From positions 151,975-215,974 of IMG/VR virus record IMGVR_UViG_3300031813_000003: a stretch of 64,000 nt of DNA; one strand, given 5' to 3'. The translations under genes and the position numbers were made by a program. The DNA is from a virus (taxonomy: Duplodnaviria; Caudoviricetes). Positions 35,663 through 46,938 of the stretch are shown one piece after another (the first letter of the stretch is position 1; every line of letters begins with the position of its first letter). The notes below the pieces were generated by a model, which was not told the origin of the DNA, did not search any database, and saw only the letters and a list, made by a program, of their open reading frames with translations.

Positions 35663-35888
35663 AGGAGAACTACTAATGTCTGAAATTCATCGTATTGTGA
35701 TTATTACTAATCCTGATAAAGAAGGAAAGCAGGTATTTGATGCTTTCTGGAATACAGACTATACTCCAAGCAAACCATACCCACATGAACGTGGACAAGT
35801 ATTTAAAACTAATCTGGAACACTTCAAAAAATACTCACATCTGACACCAGATTGTAAAATTATTGAAAGTATTCGAAGGGATTATTAA

Positions 35889-36257
35889 TTGACTAAGTTC
35901 AGACTTGCAAAAAGAGTATCTAAATATTCATCATACAATGTTCAGATGGGAGCAGTTATATTCAGGGGGAATAAAGTAGTATCAACTGGATTTAACAAGA
36001 TGAAATCACATCCTAGATATGCAAATGAAGATTGGTATTACTTTCTTCATGCCGAAATGATGGCAATCATCAATGCTAAACAAGACCTAACAGGATGCTC
36101 TATCTATGTTTATAGAGAATTTAAAAATGGTGATGGATACGCCCTAGCTAAACCTTGTGATTCATGTATGGCAGCAATCATAGAAAGTGGTATAAGTAGG
36201 GTGTATTTTACTGACAACAACAATCCGAAAGGATATTCTTATATGAAGGTAAATTAA
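35889..36257 (+). CDS. cytidine/dCMP deaminase-family protein
   Basis: GFN...HAE...KPCDSC. Confidence 0.85.
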   Translation: MTKFRLAKRVSKYSSYNVQMGAVIFRGNKVVSTGFNKMKSHPRYANEDWYYFLHAEMMAIINAKQDLTGCSIYVYREFKNGDGYALAKPCDSCMAAIIESGISRVYFTDNNNPKGYSYMKVN

Positions 36258-36898
36258 AATGATATTGATGCTAAAAATTAAATATAAATCAATGTATTAT
36301 TGGAAAGAACTTTGGAAGAACTTGGGTATTTGCCCTAAGTGTTGGAAACGTGGAAATTTTACTACAAAAGGCAGATTCATCTGCACAAATGGAAATTGTA
36401 AATGACTAAAAAAGAAATCGAAAAATTAGAAAAAGATGATATAAATCGTTTCAGGAAAGATGCACTGAAAGTTGTTAAGAAATAAAATTGACAACAAATC
36501 AAATCCACTGTATAGTCTATCTATAGTCATCAACCATAATGGTGTGAACGGATGACCAATAAAGCAACGGAGATCAAATAATATGAACTTCCAGCTGGTG
36601 ATTGTAGATAGCACAAACAAATTCTTCTCTACGGTGAAAGCCAATACACCTAAGATGTTTAATGCAATGAAAAAGACATGTGAGGGGCTGAAAAAGTCCT
36701 TTCAGGAAGAGTTCAAAGTCAAAAGGGTGATCCCTACCAAATTCGGATACAAATTCATTTAAAGGATAAATATGAGCAACTTATGTTGGAGAATTGAATG
36801 TTCAAATGGTGATGTATTTGACTATCCTAGTTGTAGTTTGATCCAAGCTATTTACATGTTTGAAATTGAAACTGATCACAAAGAAAGAGATATTAAAA

Positions 36899-37639
36899 CT
36901 ATCGAACAAGTATAAGCTTATGAGTTAGTATTTCATCTATCATAGGTTCTTTGTAATATGGTATCCTTAATAATTCAATATTGTTATTAATACACCATGA
37001 TGTTTTGATATTATCTCTTTTAATAGTATTATTAAAATCTTTTAGTTGGGTTGTATCGCTTTTATCTGAACCAAAACTTCTAGACTCAAAGTGTTGAATT
37101 CCATCAAATTCTATACAAATATTATGATCTGGAAGATAAAAATCAAATGGCAATGGACGTTTATCTTTACAAGTAGTAAATCTTTGTTGATGTTTATATT
37201 CAACTTTATGTTCGTCTAACCATTCAAGTATTTTTGACTCACCTTTAGATAGTTTACACTTTGGACAACCGCATCCATTAAGATGTGATCTAGCATTTTG
37301 ATAAAAATCACCATGTTTAATGCAGGATATGATAACATAATCCTTATCTAAATTATATTCAGATTTGGTATAACTATATTTGTTATTATGAACTTTATTT
37401 GCTTTCTGTATAAACTCAGTTAAAGAACTTTTATTATATTTTGGTTTATCATAACCACAAAATCTACATCCAGACAAATGATTAGTAGCAAGAACTTCAA
37501 ATTCACCATGTATTTTACAAATAACAATAATTTTAGAATGTGAGCCTTTGTATATAGTTTTACTATAATCAAATTCTTCACCATGAATCTTTCTTGCTTT
37601 CTCAATAAATAGGTCTGTTGATATAATTTTTGATACCAT
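36899..37639 (-). CDS. homing endonuclease (DUF723-like repeats plus PD-(D/E)XK domain)
   Basis: Two FI.KA..VH..Y.Y...C..HG.F repeats; PFDFYLP..IEFDG.QH. Confidence 0.82.
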   Translation of the reverse strand: MVSKIISTDLFIEKARKIHGEEFDYSKTIYKGSHSKIIVICKIHGEFEVLATNHLSGCRFCGYDKPKYNKSSLTEFIQKANKVHNNKYSYTKSEYNLDKDYVIISCIKHGDFYQNARSHLNGCGCPKCKLSKGESKILEWLDEHKVEYKHQQRFTTCKDKRPLPFDFYLPDHNICIEFDGIQHFESRSFGSDKSDTTQLKDFNNTIKRDNIKTSWCINNNIELLRIPYYKEPMIDEILTHKLILVR

Positions 37640-37936
37640 TGGTAGTCTCCTGTAACTCTAAATAGAAGTGACGAGGACAGCAGTTTCCTGACTGTTGCTA
37701 GTGTGTTGTAGCACCTAGCTAACTCGTTATAATACTATTTATACAAATTTTGTAGAGGAATAAAAGATGGAAGAAGGATCAACATTTACTTTACCATGTG
37801 GCTGCACAACTGAAGTTGTTAACGGAAGACGTATAAACCTACTTTGTGAAGACCATGAAGAAGAGTACCAAGGCATGTTAAATGAACCATATCATTTCAA
37901 AAAAACAAAGATGCGAGTTACAAGGGAGAATTAAAA

Positions 37937-38308
37937 GTGGCAAAGGCTTATATTGGTTACACAAACAAGAACGGATCAATAAAATCCGTTGTGGTTGAGC
38001 AGGGTGGAGAAATTGACGAACTAGGGGTACAACTAAATGACTATTATCCAGATATGATGATGGTTAAACACTTGGTTCGAAACTCTATCTATGAAATAAA
38101 AGATGGTGATGTAGATTACACTGATCCTGTAGATGAATCCTCAGAAGACATGAACGCATATTCAGAATATGATAGCAAGGAAGACTTCATTGATGAAATG
38201 GAAGCTGACTGTTACTACTATCTATACTGGCTCAACAAATGGGTTGTCTGTAAACCAAACTGCAATGAATTCCATGATCTGGAAACTGTAATTGAAGAGG
38301 AATTTTAA
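37937..38308 (+). CDS. hypothetical acidic protein
   Basis: ORF with SD. Confidence 0.65.
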   Translation: MAKAYIGYTNKNGSIKSVVVEQGGEIDELGVQLNDYYPDMMMVKHLVRNSIYEIKDGDVDYTDPVDESSEDMNAYSEYDSKEDFIDEMEADCYYYLYWLNKWVVCKPNCNEFHDLETVIEEEF

Positions 38309-38748
38309 TGCAGGAACTAAACAGTTTTATCCCCTCTGATCCAGATAATACCGCAAAATCTGATGGATATCAAAGAGCATTCGAAGACCTCACCAAAAAT
38401 AAAGGTTTCAGTCCAGGGAAAGCTAGAAGATACCTTGATTCTATCGCCAAACGAAACCTTAAAAAATTCTTAAAGGATAGGGCAAAACGAAATGACAGTA
38501 AGTGAAATGAGAGAAGCAGGGTTCTCCCAAGCTGATATTAACCTTATACAATTTGATATTATAGATAGCGGGCCAAATTTAAGAAGACTTCATAAACATA
38601 AAGCTGCAATTAGAAATGCCCAATGTACTATCAGAGATATGGAAAACGGATACCATTCTATTTAAATTTGACTTTATGTTCTCAATTGTGGTACAGTTAT
38701 TATCATGTTGAGAACAAATTAACTAACGAAAAGGAACAGAATAGCTTT

Positions 38749-39426
38749 ATGGCAAACTTTACCCCTGATGATAAAATCATCAAAATTATGGCAAACTTCG
38801 CTTCAATCAATCCCTCAATGCTTATCGAACCAGACAAACTAGCAGTTATGAACAACTCAAAGTCAGTCGTTGCCCGATATACATTCGATCCCGCCTTTAC
38901 ATTTGAACCATTTGGACTATATGATACCCAAGATGCCCTTGGGATCATCAATGCTATGTCTAAGCCTGATATTGAAGTATATGACAAGTATATCAATATT
39001 GTTGGTGCAAATGATGATAAAGTCAGATACTACACCACAGCTGCCAATCTTGTTCCTAAAGTTCCAGATGTTGGAATTGGATTCGCAAAACTACCAGTAT
39101 TTCTAAATTTTGCTATCCCTGCAGATAAACTTGCTATTATCCTTAAAATGTCTCAGATTCTAAAATCAAAATTCATTTTCTTTGAAACTGAAGGTAAACG
39201 AATTAGGGTAACAGTTGGGGATGAACTTGAATCTTCTGGTAACAACTATGATATCATGATTCAAGATGGTATCACTGAAAATTGCCTTGATACAGTTGTA
39301 CAAATTCCTTTGATTGACTTCAAAATCTTACCTGGGGAATACAACGTAACTATTGGCAAGAGAAGCACTAAATGGGAAAATCTCAATGGTGTTGTTTACT
39401 ACATTTCAACTGCGGCTAAAAAATGA
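38749..39426 (+). CDS. gp45: sliding clamp (T4 gp45-like)
   Basis: NFASINPS...FGLYD...KILPGEYNV...YYI; synteny with the clamp loader. Confidence 0.85.
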   Translation: MANFTPDDKIIKIMANFASINPSMLIEPDKLAVMNNSKSVVARYTFDPAFTFEPFGLYDTQDALGIINAMSKPDIEVYDKYINIVGANDDKVRYYTTAANLVPKVPDVGIGFAKLPVFLNFAIPADKLAIILKMSQILKSKFIFFETEGKRIRVTVGDELESSGNNYDIMIQDGITENCLDTVVQIPLIDFKILPGEYNVTIGKRSTKWENLNGVVYYISTAAKK

Positions 39427-39562
39427 TAGAAACAGCTGAAATAAAATGTACCAATTGTGGTCAAATTTATAATGTGATTGTTCTAGAGGGTACGAAAGTT
39501 CCTCTAGGAACTTTCATTTGTCCAACATGTGGAACTAAATTTAAAGTATAAGGGATTTATGA

Positions 39563-40498
39563 ATGGAACAAATTGGCAATTCCAGTCTTTGGGAATATAA
39601 ATATACACCAACTACAGTAAAAGACCTGATCCTCCCAACTAAAGTCAGAACACTTTTTGAAGGATTCATAAAAGATGGTGAAGTAGATAATCTATTACTA
39701 TCAGGGACAGCTGGACTTGGTAAAACAAGTTCTGCTAAAGCTCTTGTACACGATCTAAAATCAGACTTTCTCTTTATCAATGGATCAATTGAGACAAGTA
39801 TTGATGTAATCAGATACAAAGTTCAACAGTTTGCAACGTCAAACTCTTTTTCTGATGGGAAAAAAGTTGTAATCATAGACGAAATTGATAGAATGCAAGC
39901 TGCCCAAGATGGATTGAAATCTCTATCTGAAGAAACTGAATCAAATTGTAGATTCATATTTACTACAAATAATCTACACAAGATCATTGCTCCTATTATT
40001 TCAAGAAATAAACACATTAGCTTTAATTTTCCACAGTCAGAGAAAAAAAACATTGTCACTTCATATTTCAAAAGATTATGTTTCATTCTTAACAATGAAA
40101 AGGTGACTTACGATAAACAACTCCTAGCGGAATATACAATGAGTATGTTTCCAGACTTCAGACAAACTATCAATCGGCTACAACTATGTTACAAAATGCA
40201 TGGGGAAATTAACAAAGAGATATTCAATGTAACAGATGATTCAATGTTCAAGAATTTAGTTCAAGAAATGAAAGATAAGAAATTCAATTCTGTTAGAAAG
40301 ATCATTGCTGATCTTGATCCTGATTCATTTTATATTACATTCTATGAACAGATCGATGAATTACTTGAACCAAGTTGTATGCCTAACATCATCATGACTT
40401 TAGGAAGATATGCATATGAATCCTCTCTATCTGTTGCAAAAGAAGTAACCCTAGCGGCATGTGTAACTGAAGTAATGAAGGATGCAAAATGGCGTTAA
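39563..40498 (+). CDS. gp44: clamp loader large subunit (T4 gp44-like)
   Basis: W..KY.P; GTAGLGKTS; IIDEID; NCRFIFTTN; PDFR. Confidence 0.92.
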   Translation: MEQIGNSSLWEYKYTPTTVKDLILPTKVRTLFEGFIKDGEVDNLLLSGTAGLGKTSSAKALVHDLKSDFLFINGSIETSIDVIRYKVQQFATSNSFSDGKKVVIIDEIDRMQAAQDGLKSLSEETESNCRFIFTTNNLHKIIAPIISRNKHISFNFPQSEKKNIVTSYFKRLCFILNNEKVTYDKQLLAEYTMSMFPDFRQTINRLQLCYKMHGEINKEIFNVTDDSMFKNLVQEMKDKKFNSVRKIIADLDPDSFYITFYEQIDELLEPSCMPNIIMTLGRYAYESSLSVAKEVTLAACVTEVMKDAKWR

Positions 40499-40905
40499 AA
40501 GAGCCAAACCCAACTAAACCAATTGGTTCTTTTTTTGATATGGTAAATGTAATATTTGAAAAGAAAGCTATACCAACTGAAGAAGAAATTAAGAAACATT
40601 GTAATCCTTACATGATTAACATGATGTTGTCATGTGATGCTCAGTTTACAGGGATTGCACACGAAATGAGCAAACTCAAGATCAGTAATAAGATGTATTT
40701 CGATTGTCTGTATAATGGCTTGCCTAAGATAAAAAAATATATCAAATGGAACGCTAAAAAGGCAGCAAAAGAGCAAGATATCCTTTATCTGATGGAGTAC
40801 TATGGTTGTTCACAAACAACCGCTAAAACCCACGAAAAATTGATCGACAAAGGCGAAATGGATTCTATTCGTGATTCATTTACTAAACGAGGGATACTAA
40901 AATGA
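40489..40905 (+). CDS. gp62: clamp loader small subunit (T4 gp62-like)
   Basis: PYMIN..LS...Y.KW.K...EYYGCS; synteny. Confidence 0.8.
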   Translation: MALKEPNPTKPIGSFFDMVNVIFEKKAIPTEEEIKKHCNPYMINMMLSCDAQFTGIAHEMSKLKISNKMYFDCLYNGLPKIKKYIKWNAKKAAKEQDILYLMEYYGCSQTTAKTHEKLIDKGEMDSIRDSFTKRGILK

Positions 40906-41241
40906 CTACAATGATAGATGATGGGTGGACTTATACTATATCAATAACTTCAGCAGCTTCTTTATCCTGTCATTGGTGTGGAGTTTCTCTTGCAATGGCA
41001 ACCACAGTAACATACCTAAATGGTAGCTTACCCTGTTGTGATCTTTGTATATTAAAGGCGAATACAAAATGAGTATATCCGATCTTAATAATGAAATAGT
41101 TGAGTTCAAACTTTTAATTACCAAAGACCTATTATTATATTTTGATACTTATGAACCAGCAAGTGAAGCAATATCGGTAATGGGGCAACTATTAGCGTAT
41201 GAATTTATGAAAGACTATAAAACATATAAGGAAACAAAACA

Positions 41242-41625
41242 ATGAATAGTAGTAATTATGTAGAAAATGTAAAACGCACCGAATCAGATGCAACACCAGA
41301 AATGATTGCACGATTTAGTAACCCTGAAACAATACGTCTTATTCATGGGGCAATGGGATTGTGTACCGAAGCGGGGGAACTTTTGGATATGATTAAAAAA
41401 CACTTATTTTATGGGAAAAAACTTGACTTCCCTAATGCGGTGGAAGAAGCAGGGGATGCAATGTGGTACATAGGAATTATTTCTGATGTTTTGAAAACTA
41501 CATTGAATGAAATCATGACCATCAATATTACTAAACTCAAAACCAGATACCCTGAGAAGTTCACTGAGTATCTTGCGGAGAACCGTGACCTTGTTGCTGA
41601 ACGCAAAATACTAGAGGGTAAATAG
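41242..41625 (+). CDS. MazG-like NTP pyrophosphohydrolase
   Basis: GLCTEAGE...KK...EEAGD..WY...NI.KL..RYP. Confidence 0.88.
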   Translation: MNSSNYVENVKRTESDATPEMIARFSNPETIRLIHGAMGLCTEAGELLDMIKKHLFYGKKLDFPNAVEEAGDAMWYIGIISDVLKTTLNEIMTINITKLKTRYPEKFTEYLAENRDLVAERKILEGK

Positions 41626-41626
41626 A

Positions 41627-41905
41627 ATGGAAGACCTAAAATTATTCAAACTTGTAGATGGAAGTTTTGTAGTAGGTAGTCAAAACTTCAGTCAAATCAA
41701 TAACACACTAAAAGTAAATATTATGGAAGATGATGAAGGATTTGGTATTACATTAACTTCACTTCTATATCCATTTGAAGAAAACCGTCAAGGATGCACT
41801 ATCAGCACAGGACATGTAATTGTATCAATGGATTGCCCTGCTGATTTGAAAGATGTTTATAACCAAGAATACTCAGGGATCATCCCTGCAACCCAACTAC
41901 CATAA
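41627..41905 (+). CDS. hypothetical protein (T4-like, Sm-like fold possible)
   Basis: LFKLVDG...Y...SGII. Confidence 0.55.
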   Translation: MEDLKLFKLVDGSFVVGSQNFSQINNTLKVNIMEDDEGFGITLTSLLYPFEENRQGCTISTGHVIVSMDCPADLKDVYNQEYSGIIPATQLP

Positions 41906-42691
41906 GGAATAGATATGAGAGGAAGCACTGTAAAGAAACTATCAAAATTCGCAGATGTACTAATCGCAAACTCAACTGAACAAGAGCGTAAAGATAAACC
42001 TAAACATCAAGTAGTGAATGAATTAAAAGTTCACTGGAAGACCAAAGGCAAGACAGGTCGTAAATTTATTGATGATGTTTTATCTGGAAAAATTAAGTAA
42101 TGAACCCGTATTGGTTTCCGAGGGTTATATAATGGATAAAGAAATCGCTTCTATAACATTAGCACCATGTTGTAGACCTGGAAAAGAAGGTGATTGGTGG
42201 AAAGAACAACATATATATTGTACTGGTTATCATCACCTTAATACTCAAGAGTATGTTAAATGTAATTGCCCTTGCCACAAAGAAAAGAATATAATATCAG
42301 AATCAATTAAAGGAACTTGGATAATATGTCAATAGATCAAAAATTTAGTTATATATTTGAAGAGCTTGATAGCGAAATGAAAGATATTCGTAAATCATAT
42401 GAGGTATTAAAAACTAATAAAACTAAAGAGTGTTTAGCAGTTATCCATTTTCTAAAAGAATCTCTCGGAGAGGATTTCTGGAAGTGGTTTGAAAATGCTA
42501 AACTTCATGGTAATTGGTATACACATAATGGCTGGCACTTCTCTGGTGGAATGAATGTTAGAAACCATCTTAGACAAAATGGATATGGTGAAGCTTACCT
42601 AGGAATCGATAACCTAGATGATACATATACCTTTTTGATTGAGGATGCATACGGTATGAGATTATACGAAGCAACCCTTTCACTTTAAAAT

Positions 42692-42726
42692 AAAGAAACC
42701 CTTCCTGAAAATGGGAGGGTTTCTTT
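42692..42726 (+). terminator. intrinsic terminator
   Basis: AAAGAAACCCTTCC/GGGAGGGTTTCTTT. Confidence 0.65.
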
Positions 42727-43304
42727 GCATCTAGACAGGAGAAAATATGAGCAAAAAGTACTGTTGCGCCTCGTTTGAAGCTATAGTTAATACCGCATGT
42801 AAGGAACATGGAGAAGATTGCCCTGAGAGGCTAATACGGAGCTTTAAAGACGAATATGGAATCCCTTATCCTGTTGATTCTGGCGGCGGATATTCAAAAA
42901 TTTATTTTTGCCCTTACTGTGGTAAAAATTTATATCAGGGCAGATAAACCAATTTTGGAGGATTTATAATGGCATATTTACAACATTTACATTGTCACAG
43001 CTGTAATACAAATTACCAAGGACTTGACAATGGAACATACCCTCACAAATGTGGGACTTGTATTATTTCTGAAGACAACAAAAAATCAGAAAAAGAATGG
43101 AAGAATAAACGAGAACAACTACCTTTAATTGACAGGGTAAGAGAACTTGAACAATTTATGTATAACTCAATAGAAAGTACAAAATTACTATCATCTATTA
43201 ATCCATTCTTCAAATTCTAGGGAACAAATAAAATTATATAAATACTATTGATAATTCAATCTATCAAAGGTATTACCCATATATAATTAAGGAGAAAGAA
43301 TAGA

Positions 43305-43979
43305 ATGGCAAAGAATCTCAAAACACTTAAAGAGTTAATGGAAGAATTAAATGAAGCTGGTGATGAATTAGGTGGAACTTCAGCAGAAGTTCCAGTTAAA
43401 CAACCAAAACCAGTTGCTGCTGGACTTCCTGACGATGACGAACCTGAAGAAGAACACCTAAAGGATCATGCCCCTGATGGTAAAGGTCACTATAGCCCTG
43501 ATGATCTTCGTGAAATTATTGACTATGTTTATGATATCTTAGATAAAGAAAAAGAAGATTCTGGCGCAGGAGAAGATGATGAAGACGGAAAGAAAGGTAC
43601 ATCTGATGTTGGTGAAGTAGGTCTTGACCTAATTTATGAATATGCAGACCTTCTACCTGAAACAGTAATCAATCAAATTGTTGACGATCTAAAAGATACA
43701 TTTGAAATCGAAGATACAATGCTTGAATCTATTATCTCTGAAGGTGCTTCTAGTTTCTTCACCAAGTCAAATAAAGGCCCAGCTGCTAAAGCTGCTGCAG
43801 CTATCATGACAGGAACTTACAAAAAGAATAAAGGTAAGATCAAAAAGAGAAACAGCAATTGGCGTAATTCAGATATCGGTAAAAAAATTGCTGCACTTCA
43901 TACTAAGATTTGGAAAAATGCTGGTAAGATGAAAGGTAAACGTGCTGTTGCTGGTGAACCTAAACCAGAGGGGAAATAA
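43305..43979 (+). CDS. acidic/basic late protein, putative internal head protein
   Basis: TATAAATA late promoter at ~43237; LxE motifs. Confidence 0.55.
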   Translation: MAKNLKTLKELMEELNEAGDELGGTSAEVPVKQPKPVAAGLPDDDEPEEEHLKDHAPDGKGHYSPDDLREIIDYVYDILDKEKEDSGAGEDDEDGKKGTSDVGEVGLDLIYEYADLLPETVINQIVDDLKDTFEIEDTMLESIISEGASSFFTKSNKGPAAKAAAAIMTGTYKKNKGKIKKRNSNWRNSDIGKKIAALHTKIWKNAGKMKGKRAVAGEPKPEGK

Positions 43980-43982
43980 ATC

Positions 43983-44498
43983 ATGAGCAAATTTCTTAAA
44001 TTCCTTGAAGAATGTAAATGCTCTGGCGATGATTGTAAATGTAAGAAGGGCGAGAAATGTGATAACCCTTCTTGTACTTGCGGAAATGGTATAAAGGGTA
44101 AAACTTCTAAATATACATCTGAAGTATGTGATAATTGTGGTGGTAAAGTTAAAGAAATTACATATCCAAAATTAGGTACAGTTAAAGTTTGTTCAAATCC
44201 TGATTGTAAAGATTCTAAAAAGAAATCAGTCAAAGAAGCAGTTAAACCACAAACAACTAAAGTATGTGATGAATGTGGCGGAACTGTGATTACTAAGAAC
44301 TTCCCTTCTGGTCCTGTTTGGATTTGTAAAAACACCAAATGTAAAAATTCAACACCATCTAACTCAACAGCAGATTCTATGGGAAATTGGAAAAAGAATA
44401 GCGAGAAAGATAAAGACGCTAGACAAAAGAAAGAAGCTGATGGAAAAAATGAATCAATGTTTGACAAATATCTTTCTATGCTTTCTGAAAGTGTTTAA
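43983..44498 (+). CDS. Cys-rich multi-Zn-ribbon late protein
   Basis: Repeated CDxCGG...C.N..C. Confidence 0.6.
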   Translation: MSKFLKFLEECKCSGDDCKCKKGEKCDNPSCTCGNGIKGKTSKYTSEVCDNCGGKVKEITYPKLGTVKVCSNPDCKDSKKKSVKEAVKPQTTKVCDECGGTVITKNFPSGPVWICKNTKCKNSTPSNSTADSMGNWKKNSEKDKDARQKKEADGKNESMFDKYLSMLSESV

Positions 44499-44829
44499 AA
44501 CAAAACATTGTAAACCATTTATCTATTTTATTAATAATCCTGAAAAGGAACTTAGTTTTTCTAAGTTCCTTTTTTTCGTATAATGTTATAAGTTTATTCA
44601 TTATACCATCTCCAGGCTCCACAACATGAATTTTATATGAATTAACCAATCCTACTTCACCGTATAATGTATTTAAAGTTGCTTTTGTTTTCTCTACCAT
44701 CTCATGTTCACATAATTTTTCTAATTCTTTAGGATATGTATTACAATATACAATACTCCCTCCTTCAGTCAAAACTAAACAAACCCAACCTTTTACCTCA
44801 TCATATGCTTTAGTTGCGTAAACATTCAT
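44476..44829 (-). CDS. hypothetical protein
   Basis: Minus-strand ORF with SD GGAGGG. Confidence 0.6.
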   Translation of the reverse strand: MNVYATKAYDEVKGWVCLVLTEGGSIVYCNTYPKELEKLCEHEMVEKTKATLNTLYGEVGLVNSYKIHVVEPGDGIMNKLITLYEKKELRKTKFLFRIINKIDKWFTMFCFKHFQKA

Positions 44830-45244
44830 TTTATAAATTACCCTCCAAGTTAATTATAAATACATTTGATAATAACATCTTTACTTATCAAAGTCAATTT
44901 TAATATAAGGAGTAAAATTATGAAACACGAACTTGGGGAACTTTACGAAGCAATCCAAATTAAAGAAGCACAAAAAGTTTTAAAGAAAACTGATGTAAAG
45001 GCAACTGAACGAAAACTTGAAACTGAAGTCACCGATCTGATAGGGGGCAATGAAATTGATTTTATTAACAGTTTCCTAAAGAAAGGGGAGAAGATAGATT
45101 CTAAAACTGTGAAATCAATTGATGCTTTACTGGCTAAGTATAAAAAGAAAATCGGAGCAGGGAAAGTTAAATCGGATGCAAATATTTTAATGCTGGCTCC
45201 AATTCTTGCGAGTATGATGTCAACATTAGGGAAGACTGAATAAA

Positions 45245-45571
45245 ATGAGTGATACAAGATTAAAAATAGCTTTTGCTTATAAAGTCCCAAGGGTAACTTC
45301 GTTCATAAATGAAGATATAAAATTAATTAAAAAATTGAATCAGATATTTCAAAGATTTGAACGATATGAAAAAGAAATTTATATCCTTGAAGCAATGAAT
45401 GTACTAAAGCAATTAGATAATGTTTTTGATCTTGATTCATTATACCCTGTTCTATGTGAATACATTGATATTCGTTTTCATTCAACTCTTATATTGTTAT
45501 TTAAAAAAGTGACTAATTTACATAAGGACGATAACATTAAACTTAGGGAACTTGTAATAGATGAAGACTAA
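45245..45571 (+). CDS. hypothetical late protein
   Basis: ORF in the late operon. Confidence 0.6.
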   Translation: MSDTRLKIAFAYKVPRVTSFINEDIKLIKKLNQIFQRFERYEKEIYILEAMNVLKQLDNVFDLDSLYPVLCEYIDIRFHSTLILLFKKVTNLHKDDNIKLRELVIDED

Positions 45572-46247
45572 ATATATTTTATCAGAATCTTTAATAGGAT
45601 CAGTATCGGTTTATATGATCCTTAGAAAATTAATGATGCCATTCAATGAATGGGATGCATTCAAACTAGGAATCATTGATAAAGATGGAAATAAGAAAAA
45701 ACATCCAGTAACTGCAAAAGAACGTGAGTCCTGGGATATGTTAACTCGACTTTGTTGGAACATCAAAAAGATCACCACTAAATTTATTGGTAAATCTAAA
45801 TTTGCATCATATTTTACTGCGGCGTATCTGCTTAAAGATTCACTTAATTCTTATATAAAAGTTAACCAAGTTAAATTAGATGAAACAGTACTATCAGATA
45901 TTACTTGCACCAAACAATTGATAATACACAATGCTATTAAAAAATTACACGAAAGTATATTAATTCCACAACACAATATAATAGTAAACGAAGAGCAAAA
46001 TAACATAGTAGAATTAGAGATTCATAAATTTATCATTCAAGTGAATGAACTATTAAAAGCATCTCCAGAGATACTAAATATGTTTATAACAGAAGATGGT
46101 GATGGAGTAACTGTACAAGCAGATATTGCTCAACAAGGGCAAAAACTTGGAATGGTTAAACGAGAAGACCCACTTAAATTATCTAAGCCTGGGCTACAAA
46201 AATTAAAAAAGAAAAAGAAAAGGAAACTAGAAAATGAAAGTAACTGA
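45561..46247 (+). CDS. conserved T4-like virion-associated hypothetical protein
   Basis: PFNEWDAFKLGIIDKDGN motif. Confidence 0.6.
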   Translation: MKTKYILSESLIGSVSVYMILRKLMMPFNEWDAFKLGIIDKDGNKKKHPVTAKERESWDMLTRLCWNIKKITTKFIGKSKFASYFTAAYLLKDSLNSYIKVNQVKLDETVLSDITCTKQLIIHNAIKKLHESILIPQHNIIVNEEQNNIVELEIHKFIIQVNELLKASPEILNMFITEDGDGVTVQADIAQQGQKLGMVKREDPLKLSKPGLQKLKKKKKRKLENESN

Positions 46248-46938
46248 TCAAGGTAATGTAACAATAATCGAATTGGAAACCGCATCAGGACAAGCTAATT
46301 ATATGGGATACATGAAAGCTAATATCCCAGGTGATCGTAGAGGTTGGCAACGTGATCCTGAAACTCAAGAACTAACTAAATATATGGCAGATAACAATCA
46401 AAGTGCGCAGTATGTAATAAAGATTGGTGATATGCATACTAAACTAAAATAAGAGGTTTACATGCGATATGTAGGCAAGATAAATATAAGTGTAAACTGT
46501 TTGTACGGTTCATTCAATATAAAAGAGAATGAAGATGTACCAATGCTTATAGCAATAAAATTTCCTGAGTATATTACAAAAATCGATGAACCAATTGTAA
46601 TTGAATCAGTAGATGATACTAACGAAAAAACAAAAGGAAAATGAAATGAAAATGTTTAAGTTTATCAGTCCTAGAGGACTATCAGAAATGACTATCAGTA
46701 TGCCTTATGGTAGTTTTGAAATTAAGAATGGTCAGATGATGCCTGAAAGTGATTTAACTAGATCATATCCAGGATACTTTATCGAAATGCCTAAAGATGT
46801 AAAAGTTAAACCTACAATTGAAAAGAAAGAAGTGTCAATTCTTCTTGAATCCGTAGAAACTCCTGTTAAAACAGAAACCGAAGAAAAACGTAAGCCAGGA
46901 AGACCAAAAAGAACTTTCTAATAAAGAGGATATAACAT

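Noticed and set aside
43898-44467. 189-aa minus-strand ORF and similar antisense ORFs
   Set aside because: Antisense to well-supported + strand genes; no SD or promoter.
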